Under the pieces are notes generated by a model, which had not been told where the DNA came from, did no database searches, and saw nothing but the letters and a program-made list of their open reading frames with translations. Source: Raillietiella orientalis (Eukaryota). Taken from it: a stretch of DNA of 64,000 nt. This document shows, piece by piece, positions 39,500 to 52,457 of this stretch; position 1 is the first letter of the stretch; the number at the start of each line of letters is the position of its first letter. The position numbers were made by a program, and so were the translations under genes. The DNA lies in the NCBI GenBank assembly GCA_036172245.1, contig JAYWIR010000002.1, forward strand, positions 2,108,001 to 2,172,000. The letters run 5' to 3'.

Positions 39500-41495
39500 T
39501 TTAGTCATCTTCTGCAGAGTGTAGCGTAGAGTCCAGCTTGTAGTCTGCCACATCGTCCGATGCCAATTTCCTTTTTCAGTAAGTCCATCGAGACCTCTCG
39601 TGCTGGTACCTGTACATTCTTTTGGAGCTTTGTCCTCATATGAGGATGTTTCGGATAAAGGAGATGGTTGTTCTCACCATGAACTTGTATAAGGGAACGT
39701 TTCCTTGATTCTCAAAAAGTCCTCGTAGGATATCCGACTTGGTTAGTGCTTGTAGCTAGGTAGTCTGCTTGACCACTTTGCAATCCTGGATCGGGATTCA
39801 ACGGCTATAGAGGTGTAAGTCTTCTTCTGTGGTCCCACATGCTGGGTATCATCCATCATCGGGTTCTTGGTCCAGTGTTGGAATCGTGAACCGCAAAGGA
39901 TCCTTCCATAGTTGAACATCAGGAGGTTCTTTCAGGTCTCTGGAGGCGAGTCGGATCGCTATAAGACTGTTTCAATGGCTAGTGGTGTCATGGTGGGTTG
40001 TTCAAAGATTGTCCAAGTCGTGTTCATCGTTTGCTGAGGAGTTGTCTTCGGAGGAAATTGCACTTCCAGAGCCCGGAGGTTCACCTTTTTTCCATACGAA
40101 CTCTGATTGTTCCAAAATTCATTAGTTGTCTGCCCTTGAATCTGGCGCTTGTACTGGAACACAGACTTCGTGGCTGTCCATACTAGTGGGGAATTCTTCG
40201 CAGTCCTCCATAGTCAAATGTGGTCTCCTCTAGAATCCTCTTTCTGTGGCCCACGGAACGCTTACGAAAGGCGGAATCATCACGGCCAGTTCCTTGGTCT
40301 AGTGTTCTCTGCTCTTCGGACGATCTTCGTTCTGTTGCTTCTGACGAGGCTTTGATTCTTCGGCCAAGTCGGATCGATCTTACGTCCTGCGTTGATGTTC
40401 CAGACAGGGTTGACTTCAAACCATCGGTTCAGCCATCTTGAATAGACTTGGTTGATCACTCGCGGCGATTTGTCTCGGACCGCTGACGTGCCTGAAACAT
40501 GCGGCAAATCCTGGAGCTCGGAGGCGTATGCCATCTCCAACACGCTGGCGCAGCCTTTTGTTCTGGATCGATACGGGAACTTCATTTTCAGTAGAGGTTC
40601 GGAGTATCTCCGCAGTCTTGTTCTTTGGGAGCTGGTCAGATGTTTGGCCACTGTCTCCTGGATTTTATGGAAGGAATTTGGTTGCAGGCACAACATTCCA
40701 TACGTTGACCTTCTCCTTCAATGATGAGCTCTCCCTGCTTTATGGCGTCTCCTCCTGTGGAATCCTCTGCATCATTTCCTTCCACCGGGATTCTGGAGAC
40801 ATTGTTCATCACCAGTGTGTACACCCAAGTATTGGATGCCATCTACTTTCCTGAAATTGTGGGAGAGTAACGGGGAGGCAAACGGCGGGCAGTTTGGAAG
40901 TCACCGCGCTGATCCCGAGTTCAAACCCGTATTCCATGGCTTCCACGAAGGATGAACAGAAGCCTTCTGATCTTTCTCGTCACCCACTACAAGGATCGTT
41001 CGGTAATTCAGGTGGATGGTTGTCTTCCCTTGCAGACCTAGACCTCTGAGCTTGTTCCCTAGCTCCGTGTCCATGTGAAGGAAGAAGAGGAATGAAACTC
41101 TGGGCATCTCACACTCTCTGTTCATTTGGATGTCTTCAGATTACCTTTATTTGACGGGAAGGTAGAATCTTGTTTCTTCAGGGTGATCGTCACATATGCC
41201 AGGAATTTTTGCTTGGAAGCTCGCTTCCCGTAGGACCCTGAGCAGCTTCGCGAGGTCAACAGAGTCGTAGTTTTCAATATCTATGAGGCCCAGCACCAGG
41301 CCGTTTTCTAGGATGCGGTTATATCCAACGGGGGTTGGGTACAATTGAATTCTTCCACATGTGTCGGCACACGTTTACTCAGGAGAAGGCATCGATACGA
41401 TGCATTTTCTTTGCCGACTGGTCTAGGTCGTGGACATACACTTGTAGTCGGAGTTCAAGAAGGAGATGGACGTAACTGACGTAACTTACGTCATC
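39500..41495 (-). mobile_element. Second decayed L1/Tx1-like LINE, RT-to-3' part
   Basis: Minus-strand remnants: SFLNSDYK (~41460), LIDIENYDSV (DxEKAxD-like), DGIQYLGVHTG (compare DDVMYLGIHIG in the first LINE), HLLY, and LLKKEIGI (compare IIQNEIGI in the first LINE). The 3' boundary is approximate. Confidence 0.8.
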
Positions 41496-41588
41496 AAACA
41501 TTAGAACTTCAATTACAAAAGAACAATAACTTGTCTCGAGGTATAACAATAACAGTGAATTTCTATAAACATTTAAGTTCAACATTTA

Positions 41589-41717
41589 ATGCCCATATAT
41601 TTTCTACCTCTTCCCTATTTTATCATCATTTACCTTGTAGTTATCTTTCTCCTGTCATAAATACCACCATCATCCACTAACATTACTATCTATCTGATAA
41701 CTAAATGATCATGATAA
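41589..41717 (+). pseudogene. atp8: Mitochondrial ATP synthase subunit 8 pseudogene (in NUMT)
   Basis: Starts ATG CCC (MP), has a hydrophobic stretch, ends K-W-S-W-stop (TGA=W) with the classic 7-nt ATGATAA overlap into atp6. One internal TAA. Confidence 0.75.
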
Positions 41718-42342
41718 GCTCCATTTTCCCATTCAACCTCTTGACTCTCGCCCACCATTACATCTCATTACAGCTATCACCATAATCGTACTCATTTCAT
41801 ACGTTACATGACTCTTATATCCATATTCAATCTTATTTTCATTCAGTTGATTAAGATATTATCAAAAACTATTAACAACAATCTCCACACACAAAATTCT
41901 CCTTCAATTAAGATTTTCATTGCCCTATCTTTTACTCCCATTCTTATTAACCTATCAAGACTCGCTCCATATACATTCCCATCATCTTCCCATCTCTCTC
42001 TCTCTCTCCCTAGTTGTCCCACTCTGAATCTCTAGACAACTCTTTTCTATCTGCCATAACCCCTCGCGTTTCCTTACTGATCTTGCTCCAAAAGGAACCC
42101 CTATATCCTTAATTCTCTTCATTCAGCTACCAGAAACCATAATAAGACTCATAATTCAAGCAATATCTCTTTCCCTGCGATTTACAGCCAATGTTACCAC
42201 TGGCCACATCCTTACTATTATAATTTGAAATACCTTTAGCAAGCTTATTCCTTCCATCCCCCTTCACATTAGAGAATTCATTATAGCTCTGATCCAAGTT
42301 TACATTGCCGTCATACTCATCTTCCTATACACGAATAAATAA
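41711..42342 (+). pseudogene. atp6: Mitochondrial ATP synthase subunit 6 pseudogene (in NUMT)
   Basis: Motifs LAPYTFPSSSHLS, LAPKGTP, LSLRFTANVTTGHIL and EFIMALIQVY resemble the ATP6 consensus (PYxFTxTSHL, LxPxGTP, LxxRLxANxxAGHLL, ExxVAxIQxY). Frameshifted. Confidence 0.92.
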
Positions 42343-43105
42343 CCACAATAACAATCCACCAACCATTTTCTCTCCACCCTTACATACCCTCACCCATTCT
42401 CATCTCCCTCTCATTCCCAACCGTGACTTTCCCTAACCTGTCTCATAAACAATGAACACCTCTTCCCCTCTCATACTCTGCATTACATCCACAATCCAAA
42501 ATACATTTCTATGGGAGAAAGACATGAAGTGAGAATCTTCATTCAATGGCATCCTTCCAATGAAAATAACCATCGCTTTTGAATTTGCAATAATCGCATT
42601 CATTCTCTCAGGAATCTTTTCATCTTTCTCTTTCTTCTAATCATTATTCCATGCCAGATTGAGAGTCGGTCCACAATTCTCTTTTCTTGACCTCCCTCTA
42701 ACATCTCCACGCCACATGCTATAGAAATACCACTTTACGGCTTTTCTTAAGATCCGGCAAACCATTTGCTTTAACACGTCATTTCCTTAAAAAAGCATTT
42801 TTTTTTTTGCGCTGATTTCTCCACTTTTTACTATTACTAGCAGCCTCCTCTTTATCAGTACTGAAATCACAGAATATTTTCTACTTTCTGTTACTCTATT
42901 CCAGATATCATCTTTGATTCCACATTCTCAGTTGCTGCAGGATGGCTTGGTCTTCAGCCGGCCTCATTCGTTCCGCTCTCCCATCCCCACAAATTACACT
43001 CTCTCTTACATATATTTATCACCTATCCCTTGAACTTACTATATGATACTGGCATTTAGTGGACGTTCTATGTCCATTCCTCTTTCTATTCTTGCATTAT
43101 GAGTA
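42343..43105 (+). pseudogene. cox3: Mitochondrial cytochrome c oxidase subunit 3 pseudogene (in NUMT)
   Basis: Motifs HQPF..., FFxSLFHASL and the C-terminal WYWHLVDV (consensus WYWHFVDV). Stops and frameshifts present. Confidence 0.9.
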
Positions 43106-43106
43106 T

Positions 43107-43160
43107 ACTCTTTTAGTATATATGGTGGAAATAGCTACCGATTATTAGGAAAAAAAGAGT
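43107..43160 (+). pseudogene. trnG: Mitochondrial tRNA-Gly pseudogene (in NUMT), apparently lacking a T-arm
   Basis: Acceptor stem ACTCTTT/AAAGAGT followed by TAGTATA, directly after cox3, which is the ancestral position of trnG. The anticodon region reads TACC rather than TTCC, so the identity rests mainly on position. Confidence 0.55.
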
Positions 43161-43278
43161 TGTTCTTTTATTATAACACGACACATTATTCCTTCAATAT
43201 ATAAGAACTTTAGAGTTAAGCTTGTGCATATCACAGTGAATGGTATACCCAAACTCAAATGGCACTGCTGCTACTACT

Positions 43279-43500
43279 ATCGGGTCTCCACCTTTTGGAA
43301 GAGCCCTCTACTCCTGCTCCAATGAAGAGGGGCGAGAAGTCTTTTTCCTCTGGGACTCTGGTCAACAGCTCGCAGAACAGGCGCGGATAGGCTGACAGGT
43401 ACCGCTCACAGATGGTAATGGTCCATCAAGATTCGCTGCCGCATCCTTGCGATGACTTGTCCTTTTGGGGATCCGTCCTGGGTCACAGAGATGACCTGTG
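43279..43500 (-). mobile_element. Upstream fragment of the second LINE (pre-RT region ending LPKGGDP)
   Basis: The minus strand encodes ...LPKGGDP, the segment that precedes (W/Y)RPISxLNxD in L1-type ORF2 (compare LPKLWDL...WRPISILNTD in the first LINE). Confidence 0.65.
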
Positions 43501-44149
43501 CAAATTTGTCAGTGTTTGATTCATGTGAGTGTATGCCGGTTTGCGTACCAGTATTCATGTGTGTTAGAAAACCTATCGATATCCGGTGGCACTGGATAGT
43601 ATATATCAGCCAATTATTAACAAGAGTTTGTGATAACCTTTGTGGCAATTCATTTCTGCGATACCTCTTTGTTCCAATCGGGAAAATTTCAGGGCTTAAA
43701 CAATTTATTTGACATTATGTCACGATTTTTTATTGTATTATAAACCTTTTCAGCCACCAATTTCGAAGACTTTGATGATGTCATCTTACGGTGAGGACAA
43801 CAAACTGTGAAAGCGACTGAAATGGAGTAAAGAATCGTTTTGGGGGGAAAATTTTTCCTCATATACGCAATTATCTCCTTTTTTTTTTTTTCTTGAAAAA
43901 AAAAAAAAAAAAGAGAATGCTTCACCTAAACGCGAAATGAACATTTCATATAAGCAAGTAGTTTTTTTAGGCTTTCAAATTTATGGAAAAGTCGAAGACC
44001 TAGAGGGAAAGTCAAATCCAAAGTAATGGTTGAGACAGTTTCAAAACAGATGCAGGAAAATATGATACTCAAATCGTTTAAACTGCCGATGTAGAATAAT
44101 AAGCATTTTCTGGTACCTTAACGAAGTCATTGCAAAAGTTTGGCAAATT

Positions 44150-44625
44150 CTTTGTACAGACGAATTCTTTGAACTTCTAAGGAACTGAACATATTTGTGA
44201 CTCTGACCTCAATGATTCAAAATAAGTACCTTTTTAATTGTTTTGAGAAAGCTGACTAGACAGTAAGTGATGGATATTTAAACTTTAATCCTTTAACTTC
44301 GAGCTTTCCACTCCTACTCAAGAATGTGTTTACTTGAAATTTTAATTCTTCGAGAATCTTTTTTCGTTTTTAATTGGAAGAAAGTTTATGAACAGAAGTT
44401 GCTTCTGCTCTGGAGACTCTTATTTGGAACTGAAAAAAATCTTCATAACTCCTTTTTTCTTTATTATTAGCTCTGGTAAATCTGTGTTATTATAAGATAG
44501 AAAAGCACTGGGGAAATTATCATAACAACAACTGTGATTCTCAGCAGGAATGAATGAATTTATAACGATCTCCAATTTTTCGATGAAATACGTTTCCGAG
44601 AACTGCCTAAGGAAAATAGTCATGC
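44150..44625 (-). mobile_element. Possible very old CR1/L2-like LINE remnant
   Basis: FIEKLEIVINSFIP...ELIIKKK loosely resembles the endonuclease-RT linker of CR1/L2 elements. No catalytic motif was seen. Confidence 0.25.
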
Positions 44626-47072
44626 AGAACCAAGAGACTTTGTAATTTTTCTTTTCTTAGTGATATTCAAGATGGAACGTTGTCATGGCACCCCCGCATT
44701 AACGCAAAGACAGCATTAGAGAAACTATCATGCTGAGAAAAGGTCTCGGTGTTTGGACAACGCTGATGTACAATTGCAGGAATTTCAAGGTTACTGTGTT
44801 CTTTCTCTGCAAAGGAAGTGCACAGGGAACCGAGCCCTCGTACAGAAACACTCGAAGACACGTTCGAATTCTGGGTTGCACGAACATTAACGAAGAGTTT
44901 CCTATAACGAGGAAACTCTGAAGTAAATATGATTAACAGAGCATACCGTTCTCGTTTATCATCTAGGTTGACTTTATATATGGTGATGCTGTCTTTAGAT
45001 TTTTACGGAATGCATATAAGGTGTATAGTATCATAAGGAATCTCAAAAATGCTCCGAGGTAAAACGGAATAGTGTTGAACCCAGTGTCCATTTTAACCAG
45101 CAATCTCAATCACTAATCGTCATCACAATCAATCATCTTTGATTTGATTTTTAACGGCGAGTTCATGCCAAAAACGAATTATAATAAGAGTTCAGCCGTA
45201 TTGGACTTGCATCCATCTTCCTAGTCTGAGATGCCAGATCACTCGACATTGGCTGCTGACAGAATCTCCCAGATGTCTCAAGATCCCAGTTAGGAAAAAC
45301 CGAAGTGTTCTCTGGTATATTTGTGTACAGCCACGACTAGTGCAATTTGCGGAAGGAATGCAGGAAACAGAGGCGAATCTCAACGGTACCAGCCACAAAA
45401 GAACTCTGGGAACAGCAGAATTTGATGACAACGGATAACAGTGGACTCGAAAAGGCCCCATCAAAACAAGAATAAGGAGAATTACCAAACGAGTAAAGAG
45501 ATCAACACACGGAACGAGAAAACGGGTGAATAGGACGAGGAAGACGCTTCGAGTGAGAGAAAGGAAACTTCAACGATCATCATCAGGGAAAATCACCGTG
45601 TACAAAAGACGCACATCTCTGATTGCTTTCATGAATTCGTTTTTCAAGTACGTAAAGACCGGAATTCCATACTCACTCTTTCATTCTAACTAGTATCAAA
45701 AGTATTTAGGAAACATCTGACTGCTTAGATTGGTATAAATTACAGTAATTGACGTTCAGGAAGTTTTGACAGAACCAGAAAATTGCGAAGTTGGTGTCAA
45801 CAGAAGGGAATCCTGGATAACGTAATTCAAAAGACATTTCTCAGGCAAGGTTGATTCCCCCCCCCCCCCCGTTTGATGAGCTTTTCTTAATGATAATGCT
45901 AAAGCTAGAAAGGCCATCTGAAGTATGTAAAAACGAGAAGAGAAGGAGCTAACGGTTCGTTGTGTGGAGTTCGGAAGCACAGAGTAATTTGTTGTTCGAA
46001 GACAAAAATGGCAGATCCCAATGCGATTTGATGAAAGTACGGATGACCACGTCAATTTCTGCAGTCGCCAGGACAGAGGAAGGCAAGAGCGCCAGTAAGA
46101 CCTGAACATTTCCTATTCTGATGGAAATCTTCAGGTGTAGGTTACTTGAAATGTGCTGAATTTTCAGCTGCCCGATTCATCTGTCAGGCGTTCGATTCGA
46201 TGGTGAGTAAAGTGAAACGGACGTAAGCGTGCGGATGCTGCAGAACAGAAGAAACTCGAGGATTGCAATCCTGGACAAACCGTTCTTACGTATCCACCAG
46301 AGCTCTTGATGAGAGCAGCAAAGTTTTCTTTCATTGCTACGCTCCCCAAGCAAAGCACCTGTCTTCGTAGCTTTTGCCAATTTGGATGTGAGCCGTTTTC
46401 TTAATTTTTGTCTTAGTTTTCGGTTCAATAGCGTACCAGCCGATCGGAGGATCATTGGCAAAACCGACCGCCTTTACTTCTTTAGCTCAACAGTGATCCC
46501 ATGTGATTTACAGCAGTGCGCGTGGAGATGGCCAGTGTGCAAGAAACCGATATTTGACGTTTTGGATTATGGCAAACCCTCGCATTTAATGAGAAGGGAC
46601 TCTTCTCAAACGTTGCATTCCCATGCAGGAATCATTTTTCCGAGACATTCGTCTTGGAAAAATGGCTTCCCATGCCGAAATGCATTTGAGCCTACCGCAG
46701 TCGTTTGCATCTACCGCTCATTCGAAAGGCATTTATTTATTTATTTTTTCGACATGCAAGTCGAGTCCCTTCCTTGTTTTCCTTCCCCTACTCTGCGTTT
46801 GATGGGTGTTTCCCGCCTATTCCGTTTTCAAGCACGGGCGAATCGAATGCCCAACGGATGAAACGATTCTGTTAAGAACGTGGTAATAGAATGCAACAAT
46901 GTGCGGTCAGTGTTCCACGGGGACGGAAAAAGAAAAAAAAAAAAAAAGAAAAGAAAGTGTACCCATGTAGCCATCGGAAAAATTAGAATTCTTTTCCAGA
47001 GCTTTGTGTTCGTGTCCAGTTGGTTCACTAAAGGGGGAGAAAAAAAAAGAGAGAGAGATACGTTTGTGCATC

Positions 47073-49371
<2,299 letters not shown>

Positions 49372-49567
49372 TTTTTCTTTGTCGTTGGACACGAGAATGG
49401 CTACTGACAGAAAAATGATGGTTTGTATGCCGTTTTCTACCTAGGCATCAACGCTTGCCAAATTCAAAAATTCCTGTTTGAAATCTGCATCCCTTTTTTT
49501 TTTTTTTTTTGGATGTGGGGATCTAAAATTCATTTGCAAATGTTAACATTGCGTTGTGTGTAATTCA

Positions 49568-49573
49568 AATAAA
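49568..49573 (+). promoter_or_regulatory. Putative polyadenylation signal of alpha-tubulin
   Basis: AATAAA about 200 nt after the stop codon. Confidence 0.5.
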
Positions 49574-52457
49574 TTTACAGCTGTTTTACCTTCAGTTCAA
49601 CAACTGATTTTTTTTATTTGGCGTTCCCTAAATGTCATAATGGCCATTTATAATGGAATCTTGTTTCTGGTCGCTTTTTTTTTTTTAGTCTGCAAGGGTT
49701 GAAAGGAATTGGATTCACTTATTCCAGCTGAGCAGTCTTTCGGGCATCAGTCAAGTAATGATGCTTGCGTACAGATTTCATTCAAAACGCTTGTAAGACA
49801 ATCAAGGTTTTGCATCCCCTTTGAGAAAGCAAAGAAATGCCCTCTTCTCCCTACACTAACAGCAACATTGGTTAGAGACTTTGGAAGCAGTCACAGGCAA
49901 CGCCCACTCGCCTTAGGAGAAAATCTGTAGAATATTCTCCAAAGCATGAGCACCGTTCAAAGTTGGCACGGCCCATATCATGAAAAGACAGCAGCATTGG
50001 CAAGATGCTTCATACTATTGCGCTTGCATATCTGGTGTCAAATGCCATAGGTGATGGATGCTTATAAATGAAAATGCCTGTAGGTCATCAGCATTTCATT
50101 ACGCTTGATATATTTATGTTTGTACTTGGAAACCCTTCGAGGAATTACTGTTCTCCACGAGCATGTGCCTAGTGAACACTGGTCTCCATAGATGCACAAA
50201 GAGTTCACCTCGACTGATGCTTCCATTTCCCTTGCAACCATGCCAAAACGATTAGGTTTCCTTCGGATTTCCATGATGCTGAAGAGTATTACTATTGCTG
50301 CGTCCAAGAAGAGAGCAGCTATGCTTCGTGCTTTCAGCACATTTGAATTCAGCATCAATATTGAATTTCGTTTCAACTACTATTACAACTGCTACCAGAT
50401 CATGTAAAGCCCTAATTACCATAATGTGATCTGGAAAACAGAAATCTTTATAGGCGACCACTTATCGATCCATTTTTTCCCGGAACACCTTTGTACTTTG
50501 CGAGTGATGATAGTAACTCCTGGAAGGAAATCTTTTAGAAACATTAGGCCGATCAGCAAATCACATCGAAATCGCCTAGATCTTTGAATGATAATAAGTT
50601 CCAAATGACACTGAGTAAACTGGTATTGCCTAACTAAAAACCGTGAACTAAAATTTATCGACTAAACACTTGCAGGGCTGAATGGGATTCTCCTGCTGCA
50701 TTGAAAAGGGAAAGTGATGGGTCTGCTCCAAGTGTAGTTAAAGTGCGAAAAAGATACCCTAAAGCTGAGAAAATATCCTACAATCCGCGTGACTGATTAC
50801 GGCCCCTATTCACACACAGCTGCTCAAATGATTCACCCATCAGTTCGTTCAGATCGAAGACTCGGAAAATCGAATTTTCTAGTTGGAAACTTTCTAGTTC
50901 CACTTTGAACCCGCATAGGAATGTTCAGCAGAGGGAACAGTGCTTTTCCAATGCTGCAACGCTCATGTGCATCCTTTTGGATCTTATGAGGGCAAATGGC
51001 GACTGTCACTTATTGATGATCATGATGATCACAGCATACCAGAGATCGGGGATTCCGTCCTCTGGCAGCAGAGGAGCAACGGCTGAAGTTAAGTAACGCA
51101 GAAATGTCGTGTTTATTTCGTGAGTTTGCAGCCTCCGTTACTATGTGGAGCTGAAAAACAAACTGGGACACATCATCATCCACACCCAAGAGACTCCGCT
51201 CTCATTCATTGAAATTCCGGATGTTCCCATTAATATTTTGAAAGGTTTCGCCTTTTGTTTCACATACAGTTTCAATGTATTCAGACTTTCCATGGCTGTT
51301 TAAAACAAATCTTTAGAAGCTGGAAACATTTTCGAAAAGGTGCTGTGACAAACCAGCTGCTCCAAGTTCCAAAGATGTCAAAAGTTCTTAAAAATTTGCA
51401 ACTTTCAAAACAGACAACGAAAACGGTCCATGAACTACCAGAATGAAACCGAACTACACGTGCCTTTGCGGTGTTTCCTCCAGATGTTTCTTCTTCCAAG
51501 AACTTTTCTCCAGTTTCTGTATTTCATCGTTTTCGCTATTCTACTTGATCTTTTGTTAAGAAAAAACTATTTCTCGAAATACTCGAAGATAAATTTGTAT
51601 ACGAGATCATTCTAAAGGAAGAGAATTCTGGAAAGCATTCTACATGGTTTTTGCAAAAATAATGCATAGAAGCTCAAAATCTTTAGTAAAGAAATTCCCT
51701 ATCACTTTCATAAAGGATGTCCAGTATAAATCAGTAACTGACTTTGTTCTTATTCTCTCATTAAAATACAGTGCTTAAGAGTCTCCAAAATATTGAGAAT
51801 CAGTGCATGAATAATGTTTTCTGGGACTCATCCAGCCGTATAAATAGCAATCCATATAAATGTTTGCCATTAAAAATTGACACATTTTGTAAATGGAGTT
51901 TTCAGATTAATTTAAAGTGAAGCATGAAAATTTCTCGCAAGCACGTCGCGAGCGAAGTTTCTAATATGCATTGGCGTTTATGAAAACAAGCAATTGTTTT
52001 GCATATAAACTACTGATCTGGTGATCCTAATTGCAAAGTTATTCATTTAATTGAGTGTGAATTATTCTTTATTGTGAAAATTACTCATTGTAGTTAAAGA
52101 TTATAGTTTCAATCTGTTTCAATTTATTTCAGTGTTTTCACAGAAAAAAAAAAAAAAAAAAAAAGAAGCAATTTAAATTGGTCGAACCAATATTGGCAAC
52201 CACACAGACAGTCAAAGCTCCGAAGCCTACTGTAACACCGGCAGTAAAACAGTGAATGTGTTATGTCCGTGAGTGAGGTGAAAGGTCTGTGGAACCACAT
52301 CGGCGCGATGACAACAGAAATATTTGGATGTATTTTCTGCCATGTTTTCCAGTTAGATTGATTCACGTGCAGTGTAATTTTTCGGTGCCATTTGTGCATA
52401 CGAAATCTACGCCAGTGATTTTGCAGCCCTCATGATATATGTGTTGGTGCTGTTTTG

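Larger units (their letters stand above)
41496..43278 (+). other. NUMT: nuclear insertion of mitochondrial DNA (possible trnD remnant - atp8 - atp6 - cox3 - trnG - further tRNA-like stems)
   Basis: Abrupt switch to strongly G-poor, C/T/A-rich composition. Mitochondrial protein motifs are readable with TGA=Trp; in-frame stops and frameshifts are present. Confidence 0.92.

Noticed and set aside
39500-41495. Possible endogenous viral element
   Set aside because: The translated fragments carry LINE RT motifs paralleling the neighbouring L1/Tx1-like element, so a retrotransposon explains it.
43875-43917. T-run/A-run hairpins (also near 7622 and 58034) as terminators or MITE ends
   Set aside because: Homopolymer runs are abundant throughout the window, so juxtaposition is expected; there is no TSD or internal element.
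49700-51200. ORF fragments between tubulin and MED22 as a gene or LINE endonuclease
   Set aside because: Only a weak PDH-like motif, with no consistent frame or splice structure.
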